A DNA stretch of 63,501 nt, the filler included, from Perkinsus olseni (taxonomy: Eukaryota): assembly GCA_013115125.1 (NCBI GenBank). It is 13 parts of 13 records of this genome, joined end to end, with 100 filler letters (N's around TTAATTAATTAA, not from the genome) between each part and the next. Parts side by side here need not be neighbours in the genome. Positions count along the whole stretch, not along the records: positions 1 to 4,874 come from JABANN010001236.1; positions 4,975 to 9,844 come from JABANN010001237.1; positions 9,945 to 14,790 come from JABANN010001238.1; 10 more parts are not named here. One strand, written 5' to 3'. Positions within the stretch are counted from its first letter, which is position 1; every line of letters starts with the position of its first letter. Shown here in pieces: positions 1 to 10,724 of this stretch. Both the position numbers and the translations under genes were made by a program. The notes under the pieces are model-generated. The model had not been told where the DNA came from. It made no database searches and saw only the letters and a program-made list of their open reading frames with translations.

Positions 1-474
1 ACGCAGATCAGTACTCAGAATCGCCACAGAATGACGCGCTCGCCACTTAATAGTCAAACTGCGCAAAGTCTCCCAACACAGCCATCAAGCCAGTCAGCAA
101 GAAGTCACGGCTGACACGCTACGTTTGATGTTTATCTCAGAGGGCTTGTTAGATGAAGTCCACCGGATAGACACACTTTTCAGTAACCCAACAGAGAAGT
201 TGATAGAAGACTGAAGCTTGTCAGTATTTTGAGGATACCGGTTCAATCAAGCAGTCAGATAATTATGGTCTTAGCCGGTAAAATGGATTCTGGGAATTGT
301 TATCCCTGCGGGTTCTGAGGCTCGAAGTCTAGAATTACAGAGTTCTTCAAACCCATCCATACGGTGCTGACAATGACAGGATGATTCGACGAATGGATTC
401 TTGTTACCTATCGTGCACCTACAAAATCTTCTTCTGAACCTCAATGGGAGAGCATAAAGTTTATGCCATAAACT

Positions 475-1470
475 CTAACGGCAGGCCTCGGAGTGTTTTT
501 TGGCAGTCGCGCCACATAGAGGAGCCCCAATGGCGGCTAGAACATCATCACCGTAGATACATCTCGACTATTCGAAGTAGTCAAGGCCGATAAGGGTTCC
601 GTCAGCTTCCAATAAATGATCGAAACAACCTTGAGATAACGAGATAGTACGTGAGATATTGACAGCAACTTGTAGCAGATCATGAGCTTTCGTGATGTTA
701 GGTGGATAAAAGTCGCACATGGTCGTACCACAAGGAGCAGAACAGTCCCCCGTTCCTACGAAGGTGATCTTTGCATTATAGCCCATGAAATTGTCGTCCT
801 CATAGTGAGGGCAGGTTTTCTCGAGAAAATTGTTGTACAAAGCAAGCAGTTTCGGTTGATCGCTGGCGAAAGTTGGGACAGATACATGATCAGCTTCGCG
901 CATAATCTCGTCGAACGCCTCCTTGCCAACTGAATGGTCCAACCTCACATCCACCTTGAAGGTTATATCAGGGTAGTTTTCCGCAAAATATCGTCTGGTG
1001 TCCTCGACCGCACCGAATACCTTAGACCAACCAGCCTTATCCAACTCAGCATCGAAGCTCATGCCAACGGGCCCATACTCGGAGGCAAGATCGTAGAGGA
1101 GAAAAAGTTCAACCATAGGTACAAAATCAGCCGCCCAATAGGCCTCAGTGCCTCTCGATGGCGAACCGCCGCCCACATACGTGAAGTAAATCGTCCCATC
1201 GTTCCCAGTCTGCTCACGAAAGCCCTTGACGAACTGTATGAGCTCGAATCGATCGGGGAGCTGGCCTTCTCGGGAAGCATCAGCAACGGCCAGGTAAGCA
1301 TCACCGCAGTTGTACTGCTTGCCCTCGTCCGTCTTGAAGAATTCTATGAAGGACGGGTCGCCGTCTCGCCAATACTTCTTCCGCGAGTAAGTAGCCAAAC
1401 ACCCGCTGCCGTACGCATCAACAAAGAATGAGGACAAGGAGACAGCGATGATGGCCAAGGTATGAATCAT
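475..1470 (-). pseudogene. Secreted hypothetical protein (possibly glycoside-hydrolase/TIM-barrel-like) with a premature stop near the C-terminus
   Basis: 300-aa ORF with an N-terminal signal peptide (MIHTLAIIAVSLSSFFVDAYG). After the TAG at 570-568 the frame stays open for 30 Cys-containing codons (SRCIYGDDVLAAIGAPLCGATAKKHSEACR) to a TAG at 477-475. GMSFDAE and ADHVSVPTF loosely recall GH18 strands (weak inference). Confidence 0.6.
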
Positions 1471-3049
1471 CGGAGCTGTTTAGTAAGCTGAATATAAAAA
1501 CATCCTCTAACATTGGAACTTCTCGGAAGCCCTGGTTTCTACGATGGGAGCAATCAATGAAGACGGATCCTTTGGATTCGAGCTTTTAGCTTCGTGCGGC
1601 CTATAGGAACGTCCTGCCGGGATTTGGGGACATTGTCTCCGGGACACCGAATGTCCTTATTCCGTCTAGTGAGGTTGTAAAGCTCCTACCTTCGCTTGTT
1701 GTCAACAAGTTGTTCACTGTTTGGCATCGTCGGGGCTGCATCGGTGATCACTTGGTCTTGTGTTCAATGGAATCGAGGTGTACAAACCCGGCAAATGCAA
1801 CAGGAATGCGTAATACGCACTACGTATCAGCTCTACTCCACTCTGAGTGGACCACTCACACGTGACGCGTGGCACGTCACTAATGGGGACAACAGCGCAT
1901 GACGAATATAGCATTCGGAGCGGTCCGGTGAGGGGTTGCACTACAACACTCTTGGTGCCTCAGCATTCCCAAGTATAATTCTGCTATGATGATATAAGAC
2001 CCACCCGGCCCGGAACTAAGGCGGATGATACAGAAGTCTCTCTGATGGAGAATTACAGCAACTCAGTTACTCCCGAGCGAACGTCAGGGGCGACCCCGCA
2101 TCAGAACGCTCAGCTTAGCTAAGCCTAGGGCAGCCTAGGGGCTCGCTAAGCTCGCGCGCTATTATGCAAAGTGCGCTGACGCACCGAAGAGATAATTTGG
2201 GAAATTATCTTTTAATTTCCGGGAATTAAATTTCTGGAAAATGTCACATGGTCCGAGGAAGAAGCCGTCCAGTCCTTTTTTACGTAAAGTTCAACCCGTA
2301 GTGCTCAGCGAGAGTGAAAATGTGAAGGGCTGATCGGCACGCTCGCACAGCGGCCCAGCGCTGGTATAGCCGCGGGGTTTGTTCCCGAAGCCACGCTAAA
2401 TTTGGACAGTGGTTCACCCTGGGAGCTAGCGGTCACAGGGTTTGTTCTCTCCTCTCAGACATGGGAGAACAGCGAGGCGCAGCTCAGTGCGAGTGTGTAC
2501 CCGGAAGCCTATTTCACAAGAAAGGCTCCTCACGGAGCACCTTACGGATAAGAGCAAGGAGCAAGGAGCTTTACGACGTAAGGCGACTTCTTTCGCCAGA
2601 AATTGCTCCTTGCACCTTGTGCACCTATCCGTAAGGTGCACCTTATGAAGGGCACTTTACGGTCGCTATCAAGCAAAATACAGCAGTGAAGACAAGCAGC
2701 TCTGAGGAAATATTGAGTATAACTCGGGGATGTCTTGCTATCTTAGCATATCTCGAGCAAAACGGCGATTGAAAGTGTGAGAATGCGGTAATTTCTTGAA
2801 GTCCAAAATGTCCGAGAAAGTTCAGATTTCAGATTGAAACTGTCCTTAATAACGAGTAATACATGACTTAATTATCACGTCTTCCTGCTCTGAGGCTTCG
2901 ACCGACTTCTTCTGCGTCTTCTTCCATCCTCGCGGTCAACGTCCCAGTCGCCAGTTCTCCGACGCTTGCTCCAGCTGGCAGCTGCTGACTTTTGTTTTTT
3001 TGCAAATATTCAATGAAGGGCCTCATACAAGAAAGAGGCGGGAAAAGAG

Positions 3050-4874
3050 AAAGTTGTGCCTACCTGGCTCTACAGCAAGCCCCTGCAAGCATCGGGATAC
3101 TGCACAGTTGATAGAAGGACTTGCGTCGCTTCATATAGATGGCAGGGGACACCACCTTTTACCCTCTTCCTAGCCTGCTCTAAGAGCGGACAGGAGAGGA
3201 AGTAGTGTCGAGTGTTCCCCACCGGCGCCCCACAGTCACACTCTGGCGAGTTAACTACCCCGCATCTGTAGAGGCGGGCCGGGGCTGGAGCTCCTCCAAA
3301 TACAACAGCACTGCTGGCTGCCGTGACTTCTCCGCGGATTCACAACCGAGCATCTGAAGCGCAGCAGAAGAAGTCGTTGACAGAAGTGCCGAGGCTGGCT
3401 CTCTTGTCTAACCACCACTTGCGTAGTGACAGACGGCCAGCTTCACCTTGATATCGCCGGAAGGTCCTCACACTGATTTCCGTCTCCGCGGAGACTTACC
3501 TCATGGAGGCACCCTTGGCTGCTAGCTCGTCGGGCCGCTCATTGACACTGATGGAGCTGTGCTCGGCGACCCGTCGGAGTGATACCCTGTCAGGGATTTC
3601 GGATAAGGACAGATGAGTCTGGCTCGCCTTATCCCATCGGGCCGTGGATGTTCGAGACGACAGGATTTTGAGCACAGTCCGTGAAGATCTCCCAATTCTT
3701 ATCGCCCGCCATCGAGACAATCCAGCGGACTGCTTCGAGGACTCCGAAAAGTCCGTAATCGTAGCGTAGGGAGAGAGCTTCCAGAAGTTGCAATGCCCCT
3801 CTACACCCCCACGATAAACCACCATAGCGGCGCCGGTCTTGACGTCCTTGACCACCGAGCCATCCGTGAAGATGGCGTTCTTAGCTCGAAGAGCCTCAAG
3901 CGCGTAGCTCTTGGCCTCCTAACGCTCTGCGATGATTGTCGAGACCCGGGGGTGCCAGGGTTGGGTAAGCAAGCCCCTCGGAGGGGCTCGATGGAGTCCA
4001 TCGCTGCACCATATCACCACCGTCACGATCCTCACGCAGGGTCAAGCCTTCGACAGAGAGAGACTGGTCTAGGGCCTTAGCACACCCAAGCGCAGCGAGC
4101 CTGGTGGCCGCGATGGTCCCGAGCTCCAAGTCTGCTGACAAGATGCCAGCCGCGACGCAGAGTGCCGCGTTGGAGCTATTCCGTGGAGCTTGGAGGGCTA
4201 TCCTCGCCACCATACCTGAAACTTGCAACAAGGCAGACTTCGCCGTGGTTGATTCTAGCCCCTCCTTCCATGCTGCGACAGCGTGACTGAGGGCCGAAAC
4301 AATCGCCACCTTGTAGGTTTTGATCACTTTCTTAAAGAAAGAAAGTTTCTTTCCGGTGATTCCAGCACGTGCCCAGCCCAGGTCACCTGGGCTGGGCACG
4401 TGCTGGAATCACCGGGCTCACCTGGGCCAGGTGCCTCAGCCTGCCTAACTTGGCTTTGGCTTCGGCACATTTAACTTTGATCATCAAAGTTTGATGTGAT
4501 GTTGGAACGATGAACGGTGATGGATTTAAACACCAAACACCAAGCACCGGGACAACCTTGACAATGTCGACGGGTGTTCCATCGAGGGGCAAGACGTTGT
4601 CCCCGAATCGGGGACCCCGATGGTCCTAGGCTGGAGCGCCTGGCTTTTGGCCGGCTCATAAGACACTCCCACGTCGGAAGTCCAGGTCAGCACTGCTGAC
4701 TCAGCAGCAGAGCCTAGGCTGACCGCCACCTCTTCATCAGCGACGGCCAGTTTCACCAGACACCACTACCGTCGTGTCGTCCGCATAGAGGATCAGGCTT
4801 ATGTACTGTTGTTGGCAACCATGATGACTCAATAACGTAACACTCCCGGATCTGATGCAGATACCTTCTACTGA
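3050..4874 (-). mobile_element. Degenerate non-LTR retrotransposon (LINE) ORF2: RT C-terminal half, RNase H and CCHC zinc knuckle
   Basis: LILYADDTTVVV (RT YADD, ~4777-4795), thumb region NAALCVAAGILSADL, RNase H motifs IFTDGS (~3857-3874) and HSSISVNERPDELAAKG, C-terminal SPECDCGAPVGNTRHYFLSCPL (~3185-3250). Multiple frameshifts and stops; 5' part cut by the contig end; 3' boundary approximate. Confidence 0.85.
4353..4415. repeat. Perfect inverted repeat (31-bp arms, 1-nt centre) inside the LINE RT region
   Basis: ccggtgattccagcacgtgcccagcccaggt-c-acctgggctgggcacgtgctggaatcaccgg. Confidence 0.95.
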
Positions 4875-4974
4875 NNNNNNNNNNNNNNNNNNNNNNNNNN
4901 NNNNNNNNNNNNNNNNNNTTAATTAATTAANNNNNNNNNNNNNNNNNNNNNNNNNNNNNNNNNNNNNNNNNNNN
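4875..4974. other. Artificial contig-joining spacer (one of 12)
   Basis: N44+TTAATTAATTAA+N44. Identical spacers at 9845-9944, 14791-14890, 19729-19828, 24639-24738, 29549-29648, 34452-34551, 39339-39438, 44215-44314, 49065-49164, 53891-53990 and 58707-58806. Confidence 0.99.
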
Positions 4975-6359
4975 TGTGGCTCGAATGTGCTCTCGTGGGA
5001 GTACCATTCACGAGATTCCCTATGCGGTAGGAGTTCTTGCTGTACGTGCTCCCTCTTCTGCTTCGTCTTCTTGTGTGATGTTATCGACGGTGAGGCTTTG
5101 CAGATGTAATCATAGGTAGGTAACCCTGGAAAATGAATCCGAAAAGCGTAACGAGTAGCACACCGGCGCGTTCCCGTCTTCTCCGCGCCGATACCCACCA
5201 TAAGTCCAAGGTTAGTATAACAGAAGATGAGCTGAGATCCCAAGCATAGACCCGGTTGCTGTTCTTGATTCTGCTGGAGAGTTCGGTAAAGTCCGCCGAC
5301 GAATAGCGCTACAATAATTGAAGGTTCAACATGGAAGCACTTCGGAGTCCCCTTGATCGTCTCAGACCCAAATCTGCTGAGACTGTGCACTGTCTTGTAC
5401 GCATACCACTTCACCGGGGTTGCGTTCTTCATAGTCAATCGTTCACCCTCTGCTATGGCCGTCAGGTTGACCAGCTGCCCCTCTTCACCATCAGTGACCA
5501 CCATCTCGAAGTCCGTGAGGCCAGGAAGCTCCGGACAGATTGTACCATTCTTTTCGACTGCTTTGTACGTCCCTGCAGGAAGACTGTCGGATTTCACGAA
5601 ATCAAGGGCCAGTCTTGGGTTTTCCCCGTTGGGGTTGGCGGACCGAATTGGTTCAGATGATGGCTCTAAAACAACCTCACGGTGGCTCCTCTTCGGGGCC
5701 TTACCTTGCGCTCGGAGGTGACGCCGAAGTAAGTCCCTATTGCTAATAAATCTCCGTGATGTTATCGACGGTGAGGCTTTGCAGATGTAATCATAGGTAG
5801 GTAACCCTGGAAAATGAATCCGAAAAGCGTAACGAGTAGCACACCAGCGCGTTCCCGTCTTCTCCGCGCCGATACCCACCATAAGTCCAAGGTTAGTATA
5901 ACAGAAGATGAGCTGAGATCCGAACCATAGACCCGTTTTCTGTTCTTGATTCTGCTGGAGAGTTCGATAAAGTCCCTCAACGAATGGCGCTACATCAATT
6001 GAAGGTTCAACATGGAAGCACTTCGGAGTCCCCTCGATCGTCTCAGACCCAAATCTGCTGAGACTGTACACTGTCTTGTACGCATACCACTTCACCGGGG
6101 TTGCGTTCTTCATAGTCAATCGTTCACCCTCTGCTATGGCCGTGAGGTTGACCAGCTGCCCCTCTTCACCATCAGTGACCACCATCTCGAAGTCCGTGAG
6201 GCCAGGAAGCTCCGGACAGATTGTACCATTCTTTTCGACTGCTTTGTACGTCCCTGCAGGAAGATTGTCCGGCGAAACCCATTCTGTCGGCGGCTTCCCG
6301 CCAGCGCATCCACCCACAATCTCTGATAACAGTGTGTACGCAAGGAGAGGGCCTCTCAT
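4975..6359 (-). CDS. Secreted hypothetical protein with two near-identical ~170-aa tandem domains; 3' end truncated by the contig end
   Basis: Open frame. Likely start MRGPLLAYTLLSEIVGGCAGG (signal-peptide-like, ATG 6359); an upstream ATG at 6458 is also in frame. The domain LPAGTYKAVEKNGTICPELPG...YICKASPSITS occurs twice. Confidence 0.7.
5075..6264. repeat. Direct duplication of ~509 bp (5075-5583 and 5756-6264), offset 681 bp
   Basis: Near-identical nucleotide copies with scattered substitutions; the offset is a multiple of 3. Confidence 0.95.
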
Positions 6360-9300
6360 CGTGGATTGTCGAGGGAAGATCACAACCAAGCTATGGAGAC
6401 ACAATGCGGCTACTAGGACACTCGCGGAAGCGTCCCACGTAAGCGGGATCGCCTCCATGAAGAAATTAGTCCAGGAAAATGTCGTCTAGTTGCTTAGGAA
6501 ATGCTGAGGTGCTCCAACGCATTTGGAGCCTCGCCCGAGCGTCTCGTCTCCACCCATTCTTGCAATCTTGACTGGTACGAGGGAATTCACTTCAAGGTAG
6601 TCTACGCGTGACAGAACCTGAAACAATACACGGAGACTACGGTAGTCTGACGACCGAGCGCGGGCTAACGAACGGAGGGCAATGACCGCGTACTTCCCCC
6701 AGCAAACCCTGAACGTTCATTAACTTACCGGCGAAACTTCATACAGTCTCTCAACCCCGGAAGTCGGAAAACAACTGAACTCGAAACTCAGAGCCGTAAT
6801 CAACTATTCAGGTAAATTCACTTTTCCAAGGACTTTTGCACCTAGCAAAGGTCACTGTGAAGCTCGCCCGAAACTACTGGTCTCTTACACAACCCGGAGT
6901 TTCTAACTGTGGTGATCCATTGTGTTCATTTTCTTAATTGTGTGCGGATGTGTCCCTTAATTGATAATATCAATTTGATATCTTCCATAGATCCGACGCA
7001 AGCTGTGCTAGTAGAGCGTGATGCTCAATAATATTAATAACAGATTCCTCTAAGAATCCACTGTGGGGTTGGGTTTGGTACATCAATGACTCACGATACT
7101 AACTTGCCCTTCTCACACCTCTAGCCCTCTGCGCCCACGACGAGTTCCGGAGAGTCTCCGGCGGAGACAGTGTGGTATGGGCCAACTCGCTAGGTTCTAA
7201 CGTGCACATAAACCCAATGACAAACCTTAGCTAAGCTCTGCTTGATCGACCTCGGATTGGAGCTGGGAAGAGGAATAGCGTGGAGGAGAGGGCGCAAAAC
7301 GTCAGTGGCCAAAAAGACATGGCTCCGTGCAATCCATGGCGTAGATGGCCCTTGAGCAATTCCTGCGTAGTAATTCATAAGGATATGAGTGGAAGTTGCC
7401 GTCGTTCGAGCCGTCCCGGTGGACATAGCCCGGAGTACTTGCACTCATAATACTATTGAACCAGCTCGATCTCAATAACGCCTATGAATTCTGGGATGAC
7501 GTGCTGATTATAAGTGTTCAAACTTGGTGCCATTGTAAGATACCCTTTACGTGTGGCGGTCCTGGAGACAGAGCACCAACCGCGGCACACCCAAGTGACC
7601 TGTAGTCGGTCTGAATTTTCTTGATCGAATTTGTTCTGTCATCACCGGTATTGCAAAAGACCCACAGTTCTTCCAATGCCGAAGGAAACATGAGATGAAT
7701 TTGCGGTTGGTAAAGTGCAGACGAATAAGACTGGCGACCACCACGGGTCGTCTTACCTGACCCCTCATGGCGCTGCGGGAGTAGAGCAGCATAGCATGCG
7801 GCCGCTCCCATGACAGCACTGTGAGTCTTCCCGCCGCGGGAATCCCGCGGGGAAATGGCTCACCTAGTGAGACTGGATCCGGTGAATGACCATGGCCATC
7901 TCGATTCCTGGGTGCTTGTTTTCAGCCACGGGATTGATCCTCGCCGTCGTTCGCGCCGCCCCGGTTGACATATCAAGTGGCTATTAGCCACCATTCCTCA
8001 TATTGATACTATTCACCCAACTCGACCCCAATAACGTCTAAGAGATCTCAGAGGACGTTATTTAACAAGGGCAACGTACAAGTCCACAAAACATCAGAGA
8101 AGTTGACCAGTAACAAACATCACTAATAACAGCTACGCAGCCCTACTACACCACCTACAGCTTCATCATAATCAACTCACTCTGCTCAGCTGGGCATGAC
8201 CTGATGCCAGCAAGCGAAGATATTCAGAAACGCCTCCTTGCTTTCCGGCGGTCTTTCAATTGCAACTAATTACTAAAGGGAGTTTCAAAACTTCGTGAAC
8301 AACTTTGAACTCTTGAAATTTCTCAACGACCGACCGTACGAAACTGAAACTTTGTGAGCTTATTGTCAATATCGTGAGGAATGAACATGGCAAAAGTGGC
8401 ATTTCCGTTCGTGCTCTCCAAGGCGTGACCGCCAAAAGAGCTCATCACGTCACAAGGGCCGTGGTCCACGGCCCGTGGAACACTGAAATTTTTTTTCCTT
8501 CGAATTGATCTTGTCTAGGGGTTTCCGAGTCCGCTGATTAACGTGAGATAAGTTTCCAGTCTCGTTTCTCACCCCAATGCCTCTCAATCAACTCAAGCCG
8601 AGCGCATCCCCACCAGCGTGAGATGAAACCGACAGGACATGGCATGCTCATTGGTCCCAAAAGAGAGAGTCTTCATCGGATGATGACAATGATGACGATG
8701 CGATCGAAGATGGAAAGCCACCCTGCCTATCAATGCAAGGCTTTGGTGAAACTGTCGGGCTTCGTTCTTGAGTCTCGGCTCACTACTTGCTGTTGTGTTG
8801 AGCATAGTCCTACGAGCGAGGATGAAAATTGTGAATCTGACTTTCTGGTTCCGCGAGAAATACTCCGACCCACGACAGCCCGAGACTCGTTTCATCTTGG
8901 CCCAAGATTCTTGGGCGTCCATGCGTTGAGCATGATGACCAGACGACCGGTGAGGGACGTGCCAGCCACGGTCCTTGTAGACTGGCACTCTAGCCTTTGA
9001 AGTCCAAAGACTAACATATTCCGTGACACGGATTCGACACCAATACGCCAGAGTGAACTCATTTCTGGTGATTCTTCAACCCCCACGCCTGGTGAGTGGA
9101 GAAAGGTCTACCGATCCGTCAAGTGGTATCAGGCCCGGGCTTGGCACACCAGGCAAACACCCGGCCCGTTGCAGAGGTAAACGACAGTGATAACCGGAAG
9201 CCGCGAGATGGTCAAGTCATTCACCGCTTCACGAGGTACAACTGGCGAATACCGCGTTTTTGCGGTTGTGCTCATAATCATTAGAGCGCGGGCCTTTTTG

Positions 9301-9944
9301 TATACAGTAAATTTTTTGCACCATGCCGATCTACGCGAGTCTTGAGTTGACTAAAGAAGAGGGAACACTCGCCATGATGGCCAATGACAAGCACACGGTG
9401 AATAACTGTAGAGGTTGTTCCTAAACTCACAGTAATTGTCTCGGATTCCAGGTTTTTGCTTCGGCAAGCGTGACGCTAGAGCGCATTACTCAGATGTCAT
9501 GTGAGGTCGTGTAAAGCCTACGACTTTTAGTCAGAATGAGTGCTCTGGACTCGGTTTAATTTACTATATAACCACGAAGCGGTTAACTGACTTCATTACC
9601 AGTTTTTGGGCTGCCGCTGAGGAGGCGCCGTTTCTTGGCTGCTGCCACCGCGTCCCTAGTACGGTGGGCGAGCACCCGTCCGTCGTCCCGATGACGTAAA
9701 CCTGTTGAGGATCGATCCCCGGGCATTGCAGTTTGTGTTTGGGCTCGACTCGCACGGATGCCCGTGAAACTAGCACTAAATCCGTGAACTGAGAACTACA
9801 TGCAATTGCACGAAAATAAATGCAGAGAAATAGGAAGCGCGGGANNNNNNNNNNNNNNNNNNNNNNNNNNNNNNNNNNNNNNNNNNNNTTAATTAATTAA
9901 NNNNNNNNNNNNNNNNNNNNNNNNNNNNNNNNNNNNNNNNNNNN

Positions 9945-10012
9945 CCCAGGCTCGCTGATGTGTCGCTTGCGCGACAGTTTATGGTTTTTGGCAAACCCGG
10001 CGCCTTACCACC
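9945..10012 (-). repeat. 68-bp terminus of an unidentified repeated element (copy 1)
   Basis: Exact reverse complement of 14721-14788; identity stops abruptly at ...ggcgccttaccacc. Confidence 0.9.
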
Positions 10013-10389
10013 AAGGAATGCGCAGCCTTCCAACGGAAAACGTCGCCGAACGCAACTTCCGACCTTCGAAGAGCCGAGAGGGTGAAGGCGTCATACCAGG
10101 TTGGACAGGTACGGGCGGACAGTTCCGGCGCCAAACGCAGGGCCGTCCTGTGCAGGCTTCCCACCGCCAGTGAGCTTGTCTCAGTGGGGAAGTCGACCTT
10201 CGGGAGCTCATCTTGGGTACCGGCCTCGACGAAATGGTCGTCTCCCAGATCATATATCGTTCGACGAGAGCGAGGCGTGCCAGGGTCGACCAACATAACA
10301 TCCGTCCAATCCACATCGTCGTCGAAGCGGACGTGGGGGAAGAAGCCTCGGCAGAAGAGGGAGAACGAGGCGTGATCGAGAACACTCAT
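10013..10389 (-). CDS. Hypothetical ORF start, possibly the gag of a downstream tandem retroelement copy, interrupted by the 68-bp element
   Basis: Intronless ATG-started frame MSVLDHASFSLFCRGFFPHVRFDDD..., beginning ~180 bp after the putative short LTR; no recognisable motif. Confidence 0.3.
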
Positions 10390-10570
10390 TGAGAGGAACA
10401 GCTATCATCAGAAACATCATCAAACACATCCGACCTGGAGGGGAAGGCGCAGCCGAGGGGAGGGAAGCAACTAACGGCAACGAGCGGAACGCGCGTAATT
10501 TCACTCAAGCAAACCGAACAAATCGCAGAACGAGCCTCAACCACAGGGCTGGCCGCCCCTCCGGTCCTAA

Positions 10571-10682
10571 ATTACGAATACAATAATTACGTTAACAGAG
10601 CGTTATCCGTTTTGATCAGGAACAGAAACGCACAGCGCAGAAACGGTCGCGGGAACCATCGCTCGCCCCGACGAGTCGTAAT
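10571..10682 (-). repeat. Putative very short LTR (112 bp) of the Gypsy element
   Basis: Immediately follows a purine tract (minus strand aaggtaaggggcg) ~30 bp after the integrase stop; bounded by the 7-bp inverted repeat ATTACGA...TCGTAAT. No second copy is available to confirm it. Confidence 0.35.
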
Positions 10683-10724
10683 CGCCCCTTACCTTGGGGA
10701 CTTACTACCATCGTTTGGTGCTCT

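Noticed and set aside
9955-9985. CTGATG plus stem-loop resembling a hammerhead ribozyme core
   Set aside because: It lacks A9 and the GAAA after stem II (reads CTGATGT...AGTTT).
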